Shown here piece by piece: positions 60,162 to 64,000 of a DNA stretch of 64,000 nt. A program made the position numbers and the translations under genes. Origin of the DNA: Octopus sinensis (Eukaryota). The stretch's first letter is position 1. Each line of letters starts with the position of its first letter. The notes beneath the pieces are model-generated. The model saw only the letters and a program-made list of their open reading frames with translations, made no database searches and had not been told where the DNA came from. Where the stretch lies: positions 392,460 through 456,459 of the forward strand of contig NW_021832227.1 in NCBI RefSeq assembly GCF_006345805.1, given 5' to 3'.

Positions 60162-61395
60162 CAGTGACTCCTCTGAAATTGGCCATTTTTGGTTCCACGT
60201 GTTTTTGTGGTCAATTCGAGAAATGGCCAATTTGAGAAATAAAATCAATCTTTTGTGTAAATTAAATTTTGAATAAGAACAACTTTTATCCAGAAAATTT
60301 TAAGTAATTAAGCATTATTAATGTTCTTAAAGTAGAATTGGATGCCCATCTGCTTTTTTTGAGTTTTAATGACATTTTCCTTATAGCACCTTATGGATGT
60401 AATCAATTGAACTTCATGTTCGTTCTCAATGTTTTTTAGGAGGTCGTTTTCAATTTTAGTTAACTTAACCACAATGTCTTCTTTGTCAATTGAATCATTG
60501 GATTCTACTTCATTGAATTCTACTTCAGCTTCTACTTCTTCTTCATTTTTTATATTTTCAATATTCTCAACGTCTTGAAATGTATCATTTTCAGAATATT
60601 CAAAATTAAGAAATTCTTCGACTTCTAAGGGATCAAAAATGTCAGTTTTTCTACTGCAATATCTTGAACTTCAACTACATGATTCTTTTTGAATGGGTTG
60701 CTTGATATTTCTATGAATTTTTCGATAAATAAGTCGACATCTACTGGATCATTAGTTCTCATTTCTCCATGTAACTTGGTCATTCGAAAACCATGCCTCT
60801 TTTTGAATTTATGAAGGTATCCATTTGAGTTTTTAAAATTATCCAGTTTTAATTCAGCTGCGAATAAATTAGCCTTATTTGAAATTAAAGCATCATTAAG
60901 AAAGCCACCTTAATCATAAATTAGTACAAATTACCTTTAGACTCAATCGAATCCATCCATTCAACTAACATAGCATCAAGGTGTGGGAACTTAAGTCTAT
61001 GCGCATTTTTTGAAGATAGATTTTGTTTTTTACACACTTTGAGAAAAAAATCTTTTTTCAAAATAATATTATTAATTGTTTTTCTGGAAATCTTCTTTTT
61101 AAACAAATGGGAAAATCTATCAGCCAAATACTGACATGAAACATCTTCATTTTGATTTTTATAAGTTAAAATCTGTATTTTTTGATAAAAAGTGAGACGA
61201 GTATAATTACCACGAGAATTGTTCGAAGACATAAAATAACAGGAATTTTATTAATTTGCAAATTATATAAAATATATTTTAAAATTTATGGTCAATTTGA
61301 GAATTGGCCACTTTCAATGGAAATTCGAATTTTTCTTAAGATAATTTTATAAGTGTGGTCAATTTCAGAGGTGGCCAATTTCAGAGGAGTCACTG
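60162..61395 (-). mobile_element. pogo DDE-less derivative (duplicate of 24598..25832)
   Basis: Same TIRs; N-terminal frame is open up to the intron in this copy (ORF 60921..61232). Confidence 0.85.
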
Positions 61396-62866
61396 TATTA
61401 TTGTCAGGGAGCGTGGAATTTTCAATGTTTCTTTAACTGAGCCCAATTCTCTGTCAATTTTGTTTAAAAGAATTTGAATTTTTTGCTAAGTAAGTGGATA
61501 AACTACGCGTTTGTTGCTTCAGTGACTCCTTTCCACTGCTAAAATCAAAGAATATTCTAGAAAGCAGGAACAAAACCTGCTATTGATTGGTCACAAACCT
61601 CGTTTTGATTGAATGGTCGGATTTCCGTTGTTTTTGAACTCGACATAGTTTCCTTTTTGACAGATTTTTTGCTAAATGTGAAGATATCTTTTTTATCCCG
61701 AATCCGGTCCGACGCAGTCGTGAATATCGAGTGCATGCCCAGGTTTTCTAAATCTGGGATTCAAGCAAACAAGCATGCTTATCCTCTAATTTGAGTTGCC
61801 TAAATATGTCTGCCTCATAAAATTCCGACCTCACGGATTGTTGTTCTGCATGTTAAATTAGTGGTTTCTGCTTGTCCTACTCCAACAATCAAATGGAGTA
61901 GTACTTTTCTGGTGCAACAGGTCACTTTTTGGTGAAACCTCTGAACTTTTCGGTGCTATTTTTAGTCCTCGACTCCATAATCAGTCAGCCATTATAAAAT
62001 ATAATTAGAGTTTTTAATTTCGCTTCACAATTTTAAAATGACTCGTCACTTGACGCCAATTCATCCTGTAGTTTGGATTCCTGTCCTACTCAGGTTTTAT
62101 TTTAGTTCAAATCTTGATAAAATTAAAAATGGCATTCGACAAATAACACATAACTGCACCGCAGAACTAACGCTGTCCTGGAGTACACACTCGCTAAGAA
62201 GGGAGTGCAATGGCATTTCCACGTATGGAGGACGCTTTTTCCCCAGGTTTTGCTGGACGGTACCACCTGTAGCCCACTCGGAAGACATTCCACGCTTCGG
62301 CCAAGCTGACTCGGATGCTATTAGCAGCTTAGCGGACTTTGTCGGTGAAGACGGTAACTCGGATGTTATGTTTGATTTTAACTGGAGCTCTTTTTTGTGC
62401 TTTTTACGCTAAGTTTAAGTGGAATTTTGAAATCACAATAATGAAAAAACCTTTGAAAAAACCTTTTTTTAAAGTCTTAAAGTAAGTAATCTATTTTATT
62501 TTAAAAACAGAGACAGTGACATAAATTTTTGACGTCCGATACAACGAGACGGCTGCTCTAGGCTCTCGAACTCTCCTGAGGGAACGTCTATTTGCTGTCT
62601 GGAGACAAGCTAGGCGGTTACCGGTCCCGATTGATAATTAGGTCGGTCACTTGAGATCGTCTCCGGTAAGACCGGATAGATTTCTCAATGTGAAGAAGTT
62701 CAGGGATGTACTATAAATTATTTTGAATAAATTTATATTGTATTAATACAACAGCTTATTAAAAAACTGACATTCTGGACCATATTCCCTGTTAAAATAC
62801 TACACACTCTGTGATAAAAAAACATTTCAAAACAAATTTAACGAAAAGTTAAGAAAAGTAGGAAAA

Positions 62867-63815
62867 CTAGAGTACTAATCCGCCATCGAGAAAGTCATCA
62901 ATCATAATGTCCCAATCTTCAACCCACTCATCTCCCTCCAAGACTTCATAACACTTAAGTATATGGTCTTCAGTATAACCCCCAATGGCATACAACCGTT
63001 CCTTTACATTCAACAACGTAAGCTAAAACTATTACAACTTGGCATCAACATTTGATCTCGGATTCTGTAATGATGGACCACTTCGCCACGAATCGGTCTC
63101 AATAGTGTATATATAAACGTCACTGACGTCCCCAGGATAATATTCCACAATTCCGTGTCCCCCCACCATGTAAATCTCGCCAGACAGGACTGCACAGGCG
63201 GTGCTACTCAGAGGTTTAGGGGAATCTGCGATTGGAATCCACAGGTTGGTCTCAATCTCATATTTGGCACAGCCTTTGGATACAAAGGAAGGGGTAAACT
63301 TGATACAAATCCGCGGGCAGTCATTCCCCCAAAAATGTAGATAAATTTATCATAAAGTAGGGATGAAAAGTCCGACCGACCTTCTGGAATGGGAGATAAA
63401 CTTTCCCAAATCCACTGCCCGTCGTCAAAACACCTTAAAAATGTCCAGAAAACTTCAAACTTGTATAGGTTTGAAATTGGGGGAGCATTTTCGTGTGTTC
63501 TTCCCCCCATGACGTACAGATTTGTTTCGGTTGAACACATTTGGAACTTTGCCAGTGGCTGAGGGAGCACTCCACAATCATAGCGAACTGTGTTTGTATC
63601 ACAATCAAATCTACAGATGACCAGAGTGGCAAAAACAGATGAATCGAATCTTTACTTTGTTCAGAAATACAGCAAGTATCTGTAGTGGTAAGGACACCAC
63701 CGGCAATTACAACTCGGTTTCCAAGACGGGCAACTTTAAAAAAACGAACAGCTTCTGTCAGTTCGCACACAAGCTTGCTTTCTTTTGTCTCAAGGTCGTA
63801 AATAATAATCTGCTT
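62867..63815 (-). CDS. Kelch-repeat gene, duplicate 3' exons
   Basis: Near-identical to 27293..28240 with a few substitutions. Confidence 0.78.
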
Positions 63816-64000
63816 ATCATCATTCCCGACTGGAGAGTGATAATAAACTTAAACTTAAGAGTAGTTTCGAGTTTGTGGAGAAGGAAGAATTCATTCTGTT
63901 AACTATTTTATTGAAAATCTATAATTGTTAATATTAATAATAATTTGTGGGAAATGATACAATAAGTTGTATTGACCGCATTTAATTTGATTTATTTTCA

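Larger units (their letters stand above)
54845..64000 (+). repeat. Second copy of a segmental duplication (first copy 12980..13876 plus 20170..28426)
   Basis: Collinear near-identical blocks at offsets 35564-35574, including satellite, MITEs, pogo derivative and kelch gene. Confidence 0.95.

Noticed and set aside
1-64000. Prokaryotic or microsporidian origin of the window
   Set aside because: Intron-rich RPB6, DCC1, CZIB and tetraspanin genes, U2 snRNA, SINEs and TTAGGG repeats indicate an intron-rich eukaryote, most likely an animal

Overview
AT-rich eukaryotic genomic DNA, roughly three-quarters transposon-derived. Host genes carry very short spliceosomal introns, mostly 24-30 nt. Together with a U2 snRNA gene and TTAGGG-type repeats, this points to a reduced parasitic animal such as a myxozoan cnidarian (inference; not provable from this window). 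Host genes: a ZIP metal transporter, U2 snRNA, a kelch-repeat gene (two copies), a tetraspanin hidden from the ORF track by six micro-introns, RPS2, RPB6/POLR2F, DCC1 and CZIB/C1orf123. The rest is nested hAT, Tc1/pogo, Merlin, Ginger2-like, CRE-like, R4/Dong-like, RTE-like, I/Jockey-like and SINE elements; many nests can be resolved by their target-site duplications (TSDs). About 12980-28426 is duplicated at 54845-64000, with differential indels. The most striking structure is a Tc1 element (29294-35576) containing a Ginger2-like integrase transposon. That transposon in turn contains a 991-bp TGT...ACA non-autonomous element whose cargo is a ~470-bp telomere-like (TTAGGG/TCAGGG/TCAGGT)n array. 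Three different TGT-tipped families here share 5-bp TSDs and tandem 17-18-bp subterminal motifs reminiscent of Tn7/Mu-type ends.
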